In this document: positions 25,143 through 37,900 of the stretch, piece after piece | Numbering within the stretch: position 1 is the first letter of the stretch | Layout: every line of letters starts with the position of its first letter | Notes under the pieces: generated by a model | What the model was told of the DNA's origin: nothing | What the model saw: the letters and a program-made list of their open reading frames with translations, nothing else | Database searches by the model: none | DNA from: Scyliorhinus canicula | Lineage: Eukaryota | DNA: 64,000 bases | Direction: 5' to 3' | Assembly: GCF_902713615.1 (NCBI RefSeq) | Contig: NC_052147.1 | Location: 124,378,435 to 124,442,434 of the forward strand | Translations under genes and position numbers: made by a program

Positions 25143-25375
25143 GGGCTGGATTCGCCGTTTTTCAGGCTCAGTGAAGTTGCCGGCGTGGGACCTGTGGTAT
25201 TTTACAGCAGCAAAATCGGCGCTGAACGCTCACTGATCCTGCGACTGGTGAGGGGTTAGCAGTGCGCCAAGTAAAACTCCCGGCTCCCACGATATAAACT
25301 ACTGGAGAATGGCTGGGTCCGTGGCCGTGCATGTGCACGGTGACGAACTGCAGCGGTCGCGCCGTAAAACCTGGC
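25143..25375. mobile_element. GC-rich MITE fragment
   Basis: GGGCTGGATTC terminus; related to 54965-55430. Confidence 0.6.
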
Positions 25376-25624
25376 ACTTTTCATTCAGCAGAACAATGTC
25401 TACTTTGCCAGCAGATATTCCAATTTCCCAAACACTCATTCTTGCAGCTGGAAGTACTTCTCAGTGGGGAGGTGAACATGAACTTTTTCTGACAAACCAA
25501 ATCAGATACTGGCAAATATAAAGTGATGAATCTAATTAGAAACAATATTCAGCCCAAAGCACCCAAATTACATTTGTCCCAAACTATCAAGTTCCCTCCA
25601 AAAATGAAGATTAAATGATCCGAT

Positions 25625-25750
25625 TCTATGTTGGGGTTACTGGGTTATGGGGATAGGGTAGACGTGTTGACATGGGTGGGGTGCTCTTTCCAGGAGCCGG
25701 TGCAGACACGATGGGCCGAATGGCCTCCTTCTGCACTGTAAATTCTATGA
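25625..25750 (+). mobile_element. 3' fragment of HE1-type SINE
   Basis: ggtgcagacacgatgggccgaatggcctccttctgcactgtaaattctatga. Confidence 0.75.
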
Positions 25751-27021
25751 TAATATTTCCCTACATTCTATTAAACTTTCAGATCAGGTGAGATTAACTA
25801 GAGACTGTCAGTGGTGAACCAAAAACTAGCATATTACACAGAGCAGTCTATCTTATAGTCAGATGCACACAATTCTAGAAAATCAACACGGATTTGTTTA
25901 TTTAACTTCTAAGTTATGATGGGGAATAACATTATTTGGGTGTTTTGTGGTGAATATTGTTCCTATCAAGATCAGGAACGTTCATACCACAGGGCAAATA
26001 TTTTTAGTGTCAAGAAGTCCTATATAGTACAGTACCTCAAATCTGGCTATCTGAAGACTAAACATTTTTATAAGTGAGCATGCGAGAATTTTAAGTCCTT
26101 TTAAATGAGTGAAAAACTTTGATGGTTAGTTGGAGGAGTTGCTGCATTGGCACATTGGCTTGACAGGTAATTACCTGCTTCTCATGCCTGATGTTTTCCG
26201 TGCTCCGAGTGGCTTAGCTGAGCTTAGTTTTCTGGCAATTTCATTAGCGCGCTTGTACTTCACCTTATTTACCAGTCAGCATGGTGTAACTTTTCATCCG
26301 AGACAGCAGTTGAAAATGATTTGGATTTAAATTGAGTCAGTGGAGGTGGTTGAACGTGGCCAGGAAAAAACAAAGAAGTATTGCAGAACCCAATGAGTTA
26401 GAATATTTAGCTATGTATTCTACTTAAAAGCGTATTTTCAGTAACACTGTGGTGCTATTGAAGAAAACTACAAAAGTTAAAACCAAATACAAGAATTCAG
26501 CATCTTGCACTAAAAGTAAGAAAAGTTTACCTGAAGCTAAAACCAATATGTCAGATCCGGCTTTGTCAACATCAGGTCTATTGAGGATACTTCACACACT
26601 GATAATGCCTAGAGTGCCAAGATTAGGCACCATCCCCACCAGCACCATCCACACCTGTCCATCACGAGAGCTGTGTGAAATCTCCGAGAAGAGGGAAGAG
26701 GTGGTGGGGGAGTGAAAAAACAAAAAGAATCCAAGGTCATTCATGGAGAAACCTGGGAAATAAACTGTTGGAAAAACCTGCCAGAATGTGCAGAGAATAT
26801 AGATTTACTTCAAGCCTTCAAGAGGGAACTAGACCCACCTCTGTAGGTAGAGAACATTTTGAGTGGCTAGATGACTAATGTTTAGTTACTGTAGTAGTTA
26901 TAGTCTGGAAGTACTGAGAAGTACTTCCAGAAAATTGATTTTCTTCAGATGCTGAAATAAATTTCCGGAGCTTGGTCTGAAATTTGCTGAAGGCTTTTCC
27001 TCTGCTGCTATCAGGAGGTTG

Positions 27022-27206
27022 ATGTGGAGATGCGGGCGTTGGACTGGGGTGAGCACAGTAAGAAATCTTACACCAGGTTAAAGTCCAACAGGTTTGTTTC
27101 GAATCACTAGCTTTCGGAGCTTTCGGAAGGAGCTGTGCTCCGAAAGCTAGTGATTCAAAACAAACCTGTTGGACTTTCACCTGGTGTTGTAAGACTTCTT
27201 ACTGTG
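27022..27206. mobile_element. Penelope-like insertion with inverted termini
   Basis: ~67-bp inverted arms (27054-27120 / 27137-27206); 12-bp TSD atcaggaggttg (27010-27021 / 27207-27218); hammerhead stem II-GAAA-GCTA-GTG segment. Confidence 0.8.
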
Positions 27207-27575
27207 ATCAGGAGGTTGGATGACGAGGAGGGAGGGGCAGGCTACACTCTCTTAATTGGATGACGCTGGTGCGGTTGGTGCCTAATCTTGGTACTCCAGC
27301 CGTTGTTCTCTATGTCGATTTTCATCCGTGTGAAGCATGGCTGTGAGAGCAGGAATGAGAAAGGACACACAAATACTCAAATGGCTGCCCTCTTGACACA
27401 AAATACCTTCAATTTACAGGATGTTATTCAAAGTATGTTATAGATATAACACTATAGAATGTTTAATTGAATAAGAGTTACTGTTACTGAGCAGGGTGAG
27501 GCGAGAGACAAAATATTAAGATTCCAGGGGCAATTTTCCAGCCCCGTTCGCTGCGGTTACGAATCCCATTATGAC

Positions 27576-27917
27576 TGGCAGCACGGTGGCGCAGTGGGTA
27601 GCACTGCTGCCTTACAGCTCCAGGGGACCAGGATTCAATCCCGGCCTGGGGGGACTGTGTGGAGTTTACACTTTTTCCCTGTGTCTGTGTGGGTTTCCTC
27701 CGGGTGCTCCGATTTCTTCCCACTGTCCAAAGATGTGCAGGTTAGGCGGATTGGCCGTGCTAAATTGCTCTTAGTGTCCAAAAAGGTTAGGTGGAGTCAC
27801 TAGGTTACGGGGATAGGGTAGAGGCCTGGGCATAAGTAGGGTGCTCTTGCCAAGGGCTGGTGCAGACTCGATGGGCTGAATGGCCCCCTTCTGCACTGTA
27901 AATCTATGATTCTATGA
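27576..27917 (+). mobile_element. HE1-type V-SINE
   Basis: ggcagcacggtggcgcagtgg head, V-domain, (TCTATGA)n tail. Confidence 0.88.
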
Positions 27918-27976
27918 CTGCTAACACTTGCGAGAGAGCGATAGTGAGATTTGCGCCAGGATGATCTGAGAATATG

Positions 27977-28146
27977 GGGCTGGATTCTCTGCCGGCGGGA
28001 TGCTCCATTTTTCCGGCAGCCTGAGGGTTTCCCGAAGGCGTGGGGTTGCTCCATAATGGGAAACCACATCGACCAGCTGGCGTAACGGACCATCCTGCCG
28101 GCGGGGTGAGACAGAAACGTGCATGTTGGGATGGAGAATCCAGCCC
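27977..28146. mobile_element. Short (~170 bp) Harbinger-type MITE
   Basis: TIR GGGCTGGATTCTC / GAGAATCCAGCCC; related copies at 42841, 43850, 57628, 61550. Confidence 0.82.
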
Positions 28147-29509
28147 GTGATCTTCCACGCCCCCCCACTGGCGATGCTGGCATGAACCTGTTTACCATCA
28201 ATTTAAATATATTTAAATAACGCCTTACCTTCCGGGCTTGCCGTATGTTCCCCGTCGGTGTGATGTCACGGCAGCGGGAATCACTAATGTCCTGTGGCAG
28301 TCGGGATAACCACGCCAGGGTTGCAGTGGCCAATTTAGCCCCCAGGTGGTCAGGGACAAGGCAGGGCAGTGCCCTGGCGCTCAAACCAGGCACTGCCAAG
28401 GGGACAAGGCTAAGGGGGTGGGGAGATGATGGCGTGAAGGAATTGGTGGCAATGATAGATGGTGGGGGTGGGTTCCAATGTCTGGGGCCTTGTGGGAGGA
28501 ACCTACGGCGAGCCCGGAAGATAAGGCATTATTTACTGTTTGAGATCGGGGCGCCATTCTGACCCCCAAGAATGAAGTCGCAAAACACTACCCTTTGCTT
28601 TTTTTGACAAACTGTCAAACGATCTGGAGCAAGAACCTGGCACACGCCAGTTTTTAGTCAGAACCTGACACTTTGCCATTTTTGGGGAAAATTCTGCCCT
28701 CCATAATAGAAATGTGTGAAGGAGAATACTGGAAACAAGTAAGCCAAATCATTACACTCACTACAATTGTTCAGATGCGTGAGTTAATTGTTTATGAGGA
28801 TAAAAGGGTGAGTCACAAATAGAGTTTCTGTTATGCTTACTGCTGCAAGGTCATTACGATTTCTACTGTAATGAGGAAGCAATGTGCTTAATTGAGTGCA
28901 TAATATGCAAAGGATTTTTGCCCTGAGCGCCTCAGTTGTAGATTGCAAATTATAAAGATCTCTCTGGCCATTTCACACAGTATTATTCACTTCTAACTTT
29001 GCTTGTACACCTTTACTGTGGCGTATTGCACTCATCTATGTCAACGTTATTTGGCAAATTGTGTACACTCAAGTCAGAGAAACAGTCGAATTCAAGGATT
29101 GGACTTCTTTGTGGTGCAATGAAATCAAACTGCACAAATCAGGAACAATTGCATTTTTAATTTTAACTGAATAGTTAGGAAATGTTTTCAGAAGCCAAAT
29201 ACTTGAAAATATATTTGTCAAGATTGGAGCTTTCAAAATAAAATTTGTTGCATCTGAAAAATCCCATTGAAGTTGTGTTTTCATGGACTGGATGAAACTC
29301 TGCGCCTCGCGCTGCCAGTAGCGGAGTTCCCGGTGCGGGGGAGAATCCAGTGTTAGCGAAGAAGCCGGCTCTGACCCATTTCATATGCTCTGACCAAGGG
29401 AGCAAATCTTTAAGGGATTTGCCCACAAACAAAGTCCAGCTGAGGCCCCCCCCCCCCCCAACCCGGCAAGATCTGCCCACCCCACCCCCACCAGACACCA
29501 AACCCTAAC

Positions 29510-30131
29510 CCACCTCACCATTAATTTCCAGCTGACCACTTCAAAATCACTCAAGAGTCAAGGGAGGTGATTGGAAAGCATTTAATTCTGTTTGAAGTGG
29601 TGCAGGGCCTGTGAATTAAAGCTTGGTATTTATAAACATTGCAGTTAGAGCACTTCAGAGTTACTCAAGAGTGAAGGAAGATGAATGGAGCAAAGATAAC
29701 AGCTGTGTGTGTGCGTGTGGAAGCTGTCAATCACAGCCTCGTAAAATCAATATATTTTAAAAATAAATTTAGTATATCCAATTTGTTTTTCCAATTAAGT
29801 GACAATTCATTGTGGCCAATCCACCTCACCATTAATTTCCAGCTGACCACTTCAAAATCACTCAAGAGTCAAGGGAGGTGATTGGAAAGCATTTAATTCT
29901 GTTTGAAGTGGTGCAGGGCCTGTGAATTAAAGCTTGGTATTTATAAACATTGCAGTTAGAGCACTTCAGAGTTACTCAAGAGTGAAGGAAGATGAATGGA
30001 GCAAAGATAACAGCTGTGTGTGTGCGTGTGGAAGCTGTCAATCACAGCCTCGTAAAATCAATATATTTTAAAAATAAATTTAGTATATCCAATTTGTTTT
30101 TCCAATTAAGTGACAATTCATTGTGGCCAAT
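29510..30131. repeat. Tandem duplication of 311 bp
   Basis: 29510-29820 and 29821-30131 appear identical; ccacct at all three junctions. Confidence 0.93.
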
Positions 30132-30292
30132 CCACCTACCCTGCACATCTTTTGGGTTGTGGGGGTGAGACCCACGCAGACACGGGGAGAATGCACAAAT
30201 TCCACATGAACAGTGACCCAGAGCCGGGATCGAACCTGGAACCTCGGCGTCGTGAGGCAGCAGTGCTAACCACTGCACCGCCGTGCCACCTT
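30065..30292 (-). mobile_element. Short poly(A)-tailed V-SINE
   Basis: HE1-like head and V-domain, A-rich tail; TSD gtaaaa(t/g)caatat 30052-30064 / 30294-30306. Confidence 0.85.
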
Positions 30293-30788
30293 TGTAAAAG
30301 CAATATCAAAGAGAAATGAATGACTAGCTTTCAGCTTAATGATCTGAGGAGGTTTCTATATAGCTGACTGGTTTTCTCATTCAGGAAATTGACTGGGGCT
30401 ACTTCCTGTGTATGGGCCAGCAGGTGTATTGCCCAGGTGAGTGTTAAAGCAGTAATTTTTTCGCTGCCTCTGCCTGGACTGTTCTCTAGCTTCCTAACAG
30501 GGCTTTCTCTTCTGGGGGTCTTCCTGACAGGGATCACTTTTCTTTGGGGGTCTGTGGGGTGGGTAGTTCTTTCTTATTGGTAGTCTCTTTATTTAGGGGG
30601 TCTCTGAGTGTAACATTATTTGAGTGTCTCAGGGGTGCCTCTTTATTTCAGATGTCTCTGGGAGTCCCTTTATTTAAGGGTCATCTATGGGGGCATCCTT
30701 TATTGAGGGGGTCTTTGTGGGGTACTGTAATTTAGGACGTCTCTGGGGGTCTCTTTATTTAGAGGGTTTCTGATGGGGGGGTGTCGGG

Positions 30789-32792
30789 TCACCCTTGTAC
30801 TGGCAGAGAGCGTGGGTGAGTGCCAAGGGGAAGGGTAGATGCCTGGGGACATGGGCCAAGGGTGCAAAGGTCGAACTGCATTACGGAAATGAGAAAGGCA
30901 TGTTCATGGTTGTGCACAATGGTGTTTAATGTGTAATATATACAAGTCCCCACTCTTCCGATGGTGCCGTGCCGTCCCCCCCCCCCCCCCCCCCCCCCGG
31001 TCGTCGTCCCCCACCCCCTCGGTGGGTTGGCACTCAGCACCCCCTCCTCCCGCTCGGTGCCTATAGGGGCCTGGGGTTCACCTTGTGATGAAGGGGCTGC
31101 TGATTCTAGCCCCAGCTGCCCCTGCAACATCTGGCTCTGCCAGCTCGGGCGGTTCCCTATGGTCGGCACTGACATGTTGACATATTTGGTGATGCTCCTC
31201 AGTGACTGAACCATGCTCTGCCGCGTCTTGGCAATGCCCACCTGCAACTCGGACAAGCTCCGCAGTGCCTCGGCCATTCCCATCTGAGAGTGGGACATGT
31301 CCCGCAGAATCACCTCAAGGTCGGCCTGGTACTGGGTAACATCCCCCAGTGAGGTGGATATTCTGCCGAGACCCTCAGTCATGGCGGTCACCGACTGCAC
31401 AATGCCTTAGACACCTTCACTAATTGTGCTGACGTCGTACACCAGGCTCTCCACTGCGGTCGCCACCCTAGCAGTGTTGGCCTCTGTGCCACGCACTGCC
31501 GGCGACATTTCCTGCGCCTGTAGTGGATTTGCTGGAGTGATGCAGGCATCTCCCTCTATATCCCAGCTGCTCCCTATCATTTCCATCAGCTCTTGGTAAC
31601 TCTATTCCACAGGCTCAGCATCAGGCTGGGACCCAGCTGGGTTCTGGGATCCAGCAGCCCTCCGACTGCTGCTTCGCCTGGGGGTTCCTACCTCCACCTG
31701 ATGTACATGACCAGATTGCACCCCAGAAGCCTGACCACTGACATGTCCCAACGAGGTGTGTGTATCTGCGCTGGTGGAGGGTGGAGATAACAGCTGGGCC
31801 GCAACTATTATGGTGACATCCTCAGTGCTCTCCTCTGAGGTGGTCTCCTGGGAGTCAGTAGAGGGGGCCACCTGGGTGGGCCAGCACCGCTGGTTGGAGG
31901 ACCTGCAGGAGAATGGACATGTGGTCAGTAGGAGGATGGGTCAGTCAGGAAGGCAATAAGAACTCATGTTCGACAGGTCCTCCGGGTGGAACCTGGTGGT
32001 TCCTCATCTCTGCGGCGTCCGCCAGCCTCCGCGTGGGTGACCATCTGTCCTCGGCCATACCAGTCACCTCCAAGGCCCACTCCTTGAAGGAGGTGAGGAT
32101 TCATAAGTCCGTCACTGCTCCGCCAGTCTGGGCCCTCTCCAGACGATTATGGGAGAGCTTCTCCTGAGGAGACAAAGAGGTGGCGCCGTTAGCCACACAC
32201 ATCGTTCACAGTGGTGGGAACGTAGCTGTGAAGGGAGGGAGGGAGGGGGGTGAAGGGCAGGGGTGTGGAGGGAAGGTTGGGGTCGCATGGGGAGTTGGAG
32301 GTTGATGCTCCCTTGGGAGCGTGGGGAGGGTTGGTGTTTACTCACTTGCGCTGCCCGGTGTAGTTCGTTGATGTTTTTTCGGCACGGGAGGCCAGTCCAC
32401 CTGGTCACATTCCCTAAGCTCACAGCTGCCGCCACTTCATCCCAGGCAGTACTGTCTGCCCTGTGGCTAGCTTTCTGGGACCCTCATTAAACAGGACATC
32501 CCTCCTGACTTCCACTATGTCTAGGACCCTCCCCAGGTCAGCGTCCCCAAATCTTGGGGCTGGTCTCCTCGGCGCCATTGTTGGGAGCTGGTTGGGGTTG
32601 GCTGAGCAAGTGCAGCTTAAATGCTGCTCGACCTTGTTAGTGGGGAGCTGGCAAGCCTTCATGTGCGGCGGGAAGCCCGTGGACCAATTAACATTGAATA
32701 ACATTGCTGGTCTCGCTGGGCCGAGCACCGGGAAGCTCGCGGCAATTCCCGCTCGTCACCACACTTCGAAATCTTTCCAGAGAATTGCTACC
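30789..32792 (-). mobile_element. Harbinger-derived segment carrying a spliced Myb/SANT-like accessory gene
   Basis: TIR-like end ccagagaattgctacc; contains the pseudogene listed next; no transposase recognised. Confidence 0.65.
31020..32578 (-). pseudogene. Myb/SANT-like (NAIF1/MSANTD-type) DNA-binding protein pseudogene, 3 exons: 32578-32346, 32163-32008, 31902-~31020
   Basis: MAPRRPAPRFGDADLGRVLDIVEVRRDVLF...AAAVS..NVTR.TG..CRKNINELHRAAQ|EKLSHNRLERAQTGG..DL*ILTSF; donor GTGAGT at 32345, acceptors at 32165-32164 and 31904-31903; frameshifts and a stop. Confidence 0.75.
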
Positions 32793-33964
32793 GTACAATT
32801 TTTTTTTGCCACTGGGGAGCTGAACTCGGGCCACCATTTTGAAAGGGTGCCCTGATCTCTGAGTGAACTTGTGCATCCCTCACATCCCCACCCATGGGAA
32901 ATATCACCGCCCCATAACCATGGGCACTACTCCACAACCCCCACTATGGGGTCCCTGGGGCTGCTCCCGCCTTCAAGGCCCCTTACAGAACTCCTCCCTT
33001 CCCGGACCCCCACCCGTCACCCCCCTGAACTCCCAGAGGCCCCAACACATCTGCCCTGCACATCCTTGCCTTCAAACACCCCTCCATCCTCCTTTCATGG
33101 GCATGACCTGCTTTGGGCGCTGACCCTTGGCAGTGCCACCCTGGCACCCGGGCACCCTTGCACAGGCACCCAATGGCAGTGACAAGGTGCTAGCTGGGCT
33201 GTGCCAAGATGCCCACATTCCAGGGGGACCACATCCAGCACTATTCCTGATCACCCAGCAGCCTCCAATGGCCTGCGAGAGTATCCGGGTGCATTCCGCT
33301 TGGTCCATGTTCTTGTGGATCAGTACTGAGTGACCCCCAGCTGCAGCCTCCCTGGGGGGCCAGTGACTCGAGGGAGGCCGGTAGATCCCGGGTAGGTAGG
33401 CCTTAAGTAGGTTAACAACCTACTTTAGTGAGTGCCGTTTGGTCCCTCCCCTCTTGGGTAGAGTTCAGATTCCGGCACCTCACAGGACTTGGGTGTATCC
33501 CGCGAGGTGCAGAGGCTGGTGGGAGGCCCTCTGGAGGCTTCACCCAGGATTCACAGGCCATATTGTGCTCTCGTTCGAGCGCAATGAGGTGAATTTCACC
33601 CATAGTCTCTACTTAATATGGCACAGGGTTTGCAATATTGTATTCATTGGAGAAATTCAAATAGTACTTTAAAGAATGACTGGCAAAAAAAGGAATAGTA
33701 AAAATACAGTATTTAATTTTTATTTGATCATTTATGCAGTCAGGTAAAAATAGCAGATTGCATTAAGGTTTCAGTCACAAAGTATTGAGACTACGCAACT
33801 TAAATATAAAATTATTTCCAAATGCCGTCTAAAATTGTTCACTTTTAATGACATATTCCACACAGTCATCCCTATTGTGCAACAAATATGAATAGAACTT
33901 CAGAGTATTTGCTATCATCAGTTTATGGATACCACTTTTACAAACCAAGTTAAATGAAATGGAA

Positions 33965-34050
33965 TTGAAAAAAGAAAATGTTGGAAACACTCAATAGGTC
34001 AGGCTGCATCTGTGGAGGGAAAGTTAACATTTCAGGTCTGTGATCGACCA
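33965..34050 (-). mobile_element. Short retroelement terminus (cagatgc..cctgacct..tgag family); copies also at ~12752-12822 and ~41132-41235
   Basis: Shared ccacagatgc...gacct.ctgagt.tttccagcattttct motif in three places. Confidence 0.55.
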
Positions 34051-34541
34051 GAAACATTAGCCTAGATTTTCACTCAGTTGGGTTGACTTAGGAGCCCTGT
34101 AAAGATGGCAGCTGGGTACCAATAGCAGGATTCACGACCCAAATCCTGGGCTGTCTGATTTTTGAGAGTGTCTTTAAAGGGTGGTGGCTGGTGTTAAAAG
34201 CCTACATCTGGGGCTCCAGGTCTGGCCAGCTCCATTGTGAAGATAATCATGTCCTACTCCTCTGCAAATTTTCATGAAATCAGGCCAGGTGTTTTAAGAG
34301 GTGCAGTTCATGGCCTCTCAGAGGAGTTGTGAACCTTATTTTCCGTGAGGGGACCTTTTTAAAAATGTATGTTCAAATGGTCTTCCTCATCATGCCCCCT
34401 ATGACAAGCTCTTTCTTTCCACCCATCCCCATGTTCCCAAGCCCAAGCTATATTATTCCAGTGCATATTGACCCACTAGGCAGTGTTGAGAACCAATTAG
34501 CCCTGTAGTGACAGTAAGACCATAAGACATAGGAGCAGACT

Positions 34542-34740
34542 GGGGCTGGTTAGCATTCTGGGCTAAATCTCTGGCTTTTAAAGCAGCAGCACGGTTCAAT
34601 TCCTACACCAGCCTCTGCGAACAGGCGCCGGAATGTGGCGACTAGGGGCTTTTCACAGTAACTTCATTGAAGCCTACTTGTGACAATAAGCAATTTTCAT
34701 TTTATTTCATTCATTCATTTCATTTCATTTCATTCATTCA
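34542..34740 (+). mobile_element. tRNA-derived SINE with (TTTCA/TTCA)n tail
   Basis: Same family as 15285-15475, opposite orientation. Confidence 0.85.
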
Positions 34741-34973
34741 GAATTAGGCCACTCAGCCCATCGAGTCTGCTCTGCCATTCAATCATGGCTGATATTTTTC
34801 TCATCCCCATTCTCCTGCCTTCTCCTTATTACCCCTGATCCCCTTATTGATCAAGAACCTATCTATCTCTGTCTTAAAGACACTCAGTGATTTGGCCTCC
34901 ACAGCCTCTGCGGCAAAGAGTTCCACAGATTCACCACCCTCCGGCTGAAGAAATTCCTCCTCATCTCGGTTTT

Positions 34974-37900
34974 TTTAAAATAAACATTTTATTGAGGTAT
35001 TTTTGGTATTATAACAACAACAAAATAAACAATGTACATGAATCTATAAACATAGTGCAAAAGCCGTCTCCCTCCCTTACAGGTCCCACCTTTCTTAACC
35101 CCCTGCTCTTAGCTAAACTAACCCCCCCTTCTGCTGATGATTAATTTTCCACGAAGAAGTCGACGAACGGTTGCCACCTCCGGGCAAACCCTAACAGTGA
35201 CCCTCTCAAAACGAACTTGCTTTTCTCCAAACAGAGAAAGCTAGCCATGTCCGATAGCCTGGTCTCCGACTTCGGGGGCTTTGAGTCCCTCCAAGCTAAT
35301 AGTATCCGTCTCCGGGCTACTAGGGAAGCAAAGGTCCAGGAATCTCCTCCTGGATTCCTGGGCCTTCCGACACCCCAAAAATCGTCACATCTGGACTCAG
35401 TGCCACCCTTGCTTTTAACACCTCGGACATGGCGTCCGCAAACCCCTGCCAAAATCCCCTAAGCTTCGGACATGCCCAGAACATGTGGACGTGGTTCGCT
35501 GGTCCTCCCGCCATTTTCACACCTGTCCTCCACCCCAAAGAAGCTGCTCATCCGAGCCACTGTCATGTGAGCCCGATGAATGACCTTGAATTGTATCAGG
35601 CTGAGCCTGGCAAATGTTGCGGACGCGTTTACTCTACTCAACGCGTCGGCCCATAGACCATCCTCTATCTCTCCTCCCAGCTCCTCCTCCTTCGCTTCAG
35701 CTCCTCGGTCTGCATCTCCTCTGACCCCAAAAGTTCCTTATAAATGTCAGAGATACTCCCTTCTCCTACCCACCTGCTGGAAACTACCCTGTCCTGAATC
35801 CCGCTTAGTAGTAGGAGCGGGAAGGTCGACTCCTGTATATGTAGGAAGTCCCGCATCTGCAGATACCTGAATTTGTTTCCCCTCGCCAACCCAAACTTCT
35901 CCTCCAGCGCCCTCATACTCTGAAAGCTCCTCTCTATAAACATATTCCCCATCCTCTCGATCCCTGCTCTCCGCCATATCTGGAACACCCCATCCATACT
36001 TCCCGGGGCAAACTGGTGATTATTACAGATTGGGGACCAGACCGATGCTCCCTCTGCTCCCACATGTCTCCTCCATTGCCCCAGACTCTCAGCGCCGCCA
36101 CCACCACGGGACTGGTGGAGTACCGTGCCGGGGGGAATGGCAGAGGCGCATTTACCAACGCCCACAGACTCATGCCCTTGCATGAAGCCACCTCCATACT
36201 CTCCCAGGCTGACCCCTCCCCCACCACCCACTTCCTGATCATGGCTATATTTGCTGCCCAATAATAGTTACTAAAATTTGGCAGCGCCAGCCCACCCTCT
36301 CCCCAACTCTGCTCAAGCATTACCTTCTTTACTCGCGGGATCTTGGGAGGACCGTCATCTTCACCGTCTGCACCCTCCCAGCCAGTTACAACGGAAGCGC
36401 GTCCCACCTCTGAAAATTGTCCTTCATTTGGTCTACTAGTCGCGCCAGATTTAATTTATGCAGCCGGTCCCATTCCTGCGCCACTTGGATGCCTGGGTAC
36501 CTAACGCTTCCCAATGCTAATCTAAACGGCAGCTCCCCCAATCGCCTCTCATGTCCTCTCAACTGGACTGCAAACATCTCACTTTTCCCCACGTTTAGCT
36601 TATACCCCGAAAACCGGCCAAATTCCCCTAGAATCCTCATGATTTCTTCCATCCCCTCTATTGGGTCCGATACATACAGAAGCAGGTTGTCTACATAGAC
36701 TGAGACTCTGTGCTCCCCCCCCCCCCCCCCCCCACCCCCCAGCCCCTGACCAGCCCTTGGGGCTCTCCGAGCAATTGCCAAAATGCTCTATAACTAGCGC
36801 AAACAACAGTGGGGAGAGGGGGCATCCCTGTCTCATCCCCCGGTGCACTCTAAAATAGTTCGATGTTGTCCTATTTGTCCGTACGCTTGCCGCAGGAGCC
36901 TGATACAGTAACCTGACCCAGTCAATAAAGCCTCGCCCAAATCCAAACACTCCCAGTACCTCCCACAGGTAATCCCATTCTACCCGATCAAAATCCTTTT
37001 CTGCATCCATTGCGATCACTACCACCACCTCCCTACCTTCCGGGGGGCATCATGATCACGTTTAACATCCTTCTTACATTGGCCACCAACTGCCTACCCA
37101 TAACAAACCTCGTCTGGACTTCCCCAATAACGTCCGGAACACAATCCTCAATCCTGGAGGACAACATTTTGGCCAGCAATTTGGCATCCACATTCAACAG
37201 GGATATCGGCCTGTAGGACCCACACAGCTCCGGGTTCTTGTCCCACTTCAGAATCAGCAAAATCGTGGCCTGTGATATCGTCGGGGGCAGCACCCCTCTC
37301 TCCCTTGCCTCATTGAACATCCTCATCAACACTGGCCCCAATATCCCAGAGAACATTTTATAAAACTCCACTGGGTGCCCGTCCGGCCCGGGGCTTTACC
37401 CGCCTGTATGGCCTTCAGACCCTCCACTATCTCTTCCAACCCGATCGGGGCCCCCAGCCCTTCTACCAGCTCCCCGTCCACCTTTGGGAAATTCAGCCCC
37501 TCCAAGAAGTGCCTCATCCCCTCCGGCCCCGTAGGGGGTTCCGACCTATACAGCTTACTGTAGAAATCCCTAAACGCCTTATTCACCCCTGCTGAATCTC
37601 CAACCAGGTTCCCATCACCGTCATTTACTTTTCCCATCTCCTTGGATGCCTCACTCTTTCTAAGCTTCTGTGCAAACATTCTGCTGGCCTTCTCTCCATG
37701 CTCATAAATCGCCCCCCTCGCCTTTCACAGCTGCTCCACCGCCCTCCCTGTGGTTAACAAGCCGAACTCCGCCTGTAGCCACTGCCATTCCCTTAAAAGC
37801 CCTGTCCCTGGGGTCTCCGCATACCTCCTATCGATCTGTAGTATCCCTTTTACCAGTCGGTCCATCTTCTCCCTCTGGACCCGTATCGAGATCAGCTCCC

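Larger units (their letters stand above)
27528..28699. mobile_element. Older large MITE hosting a nested SINE and a small MITE
   Basis: Termini GGGCAATTTTCC ... GGAAAATTCTGCCC. Confidence 0.6.
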
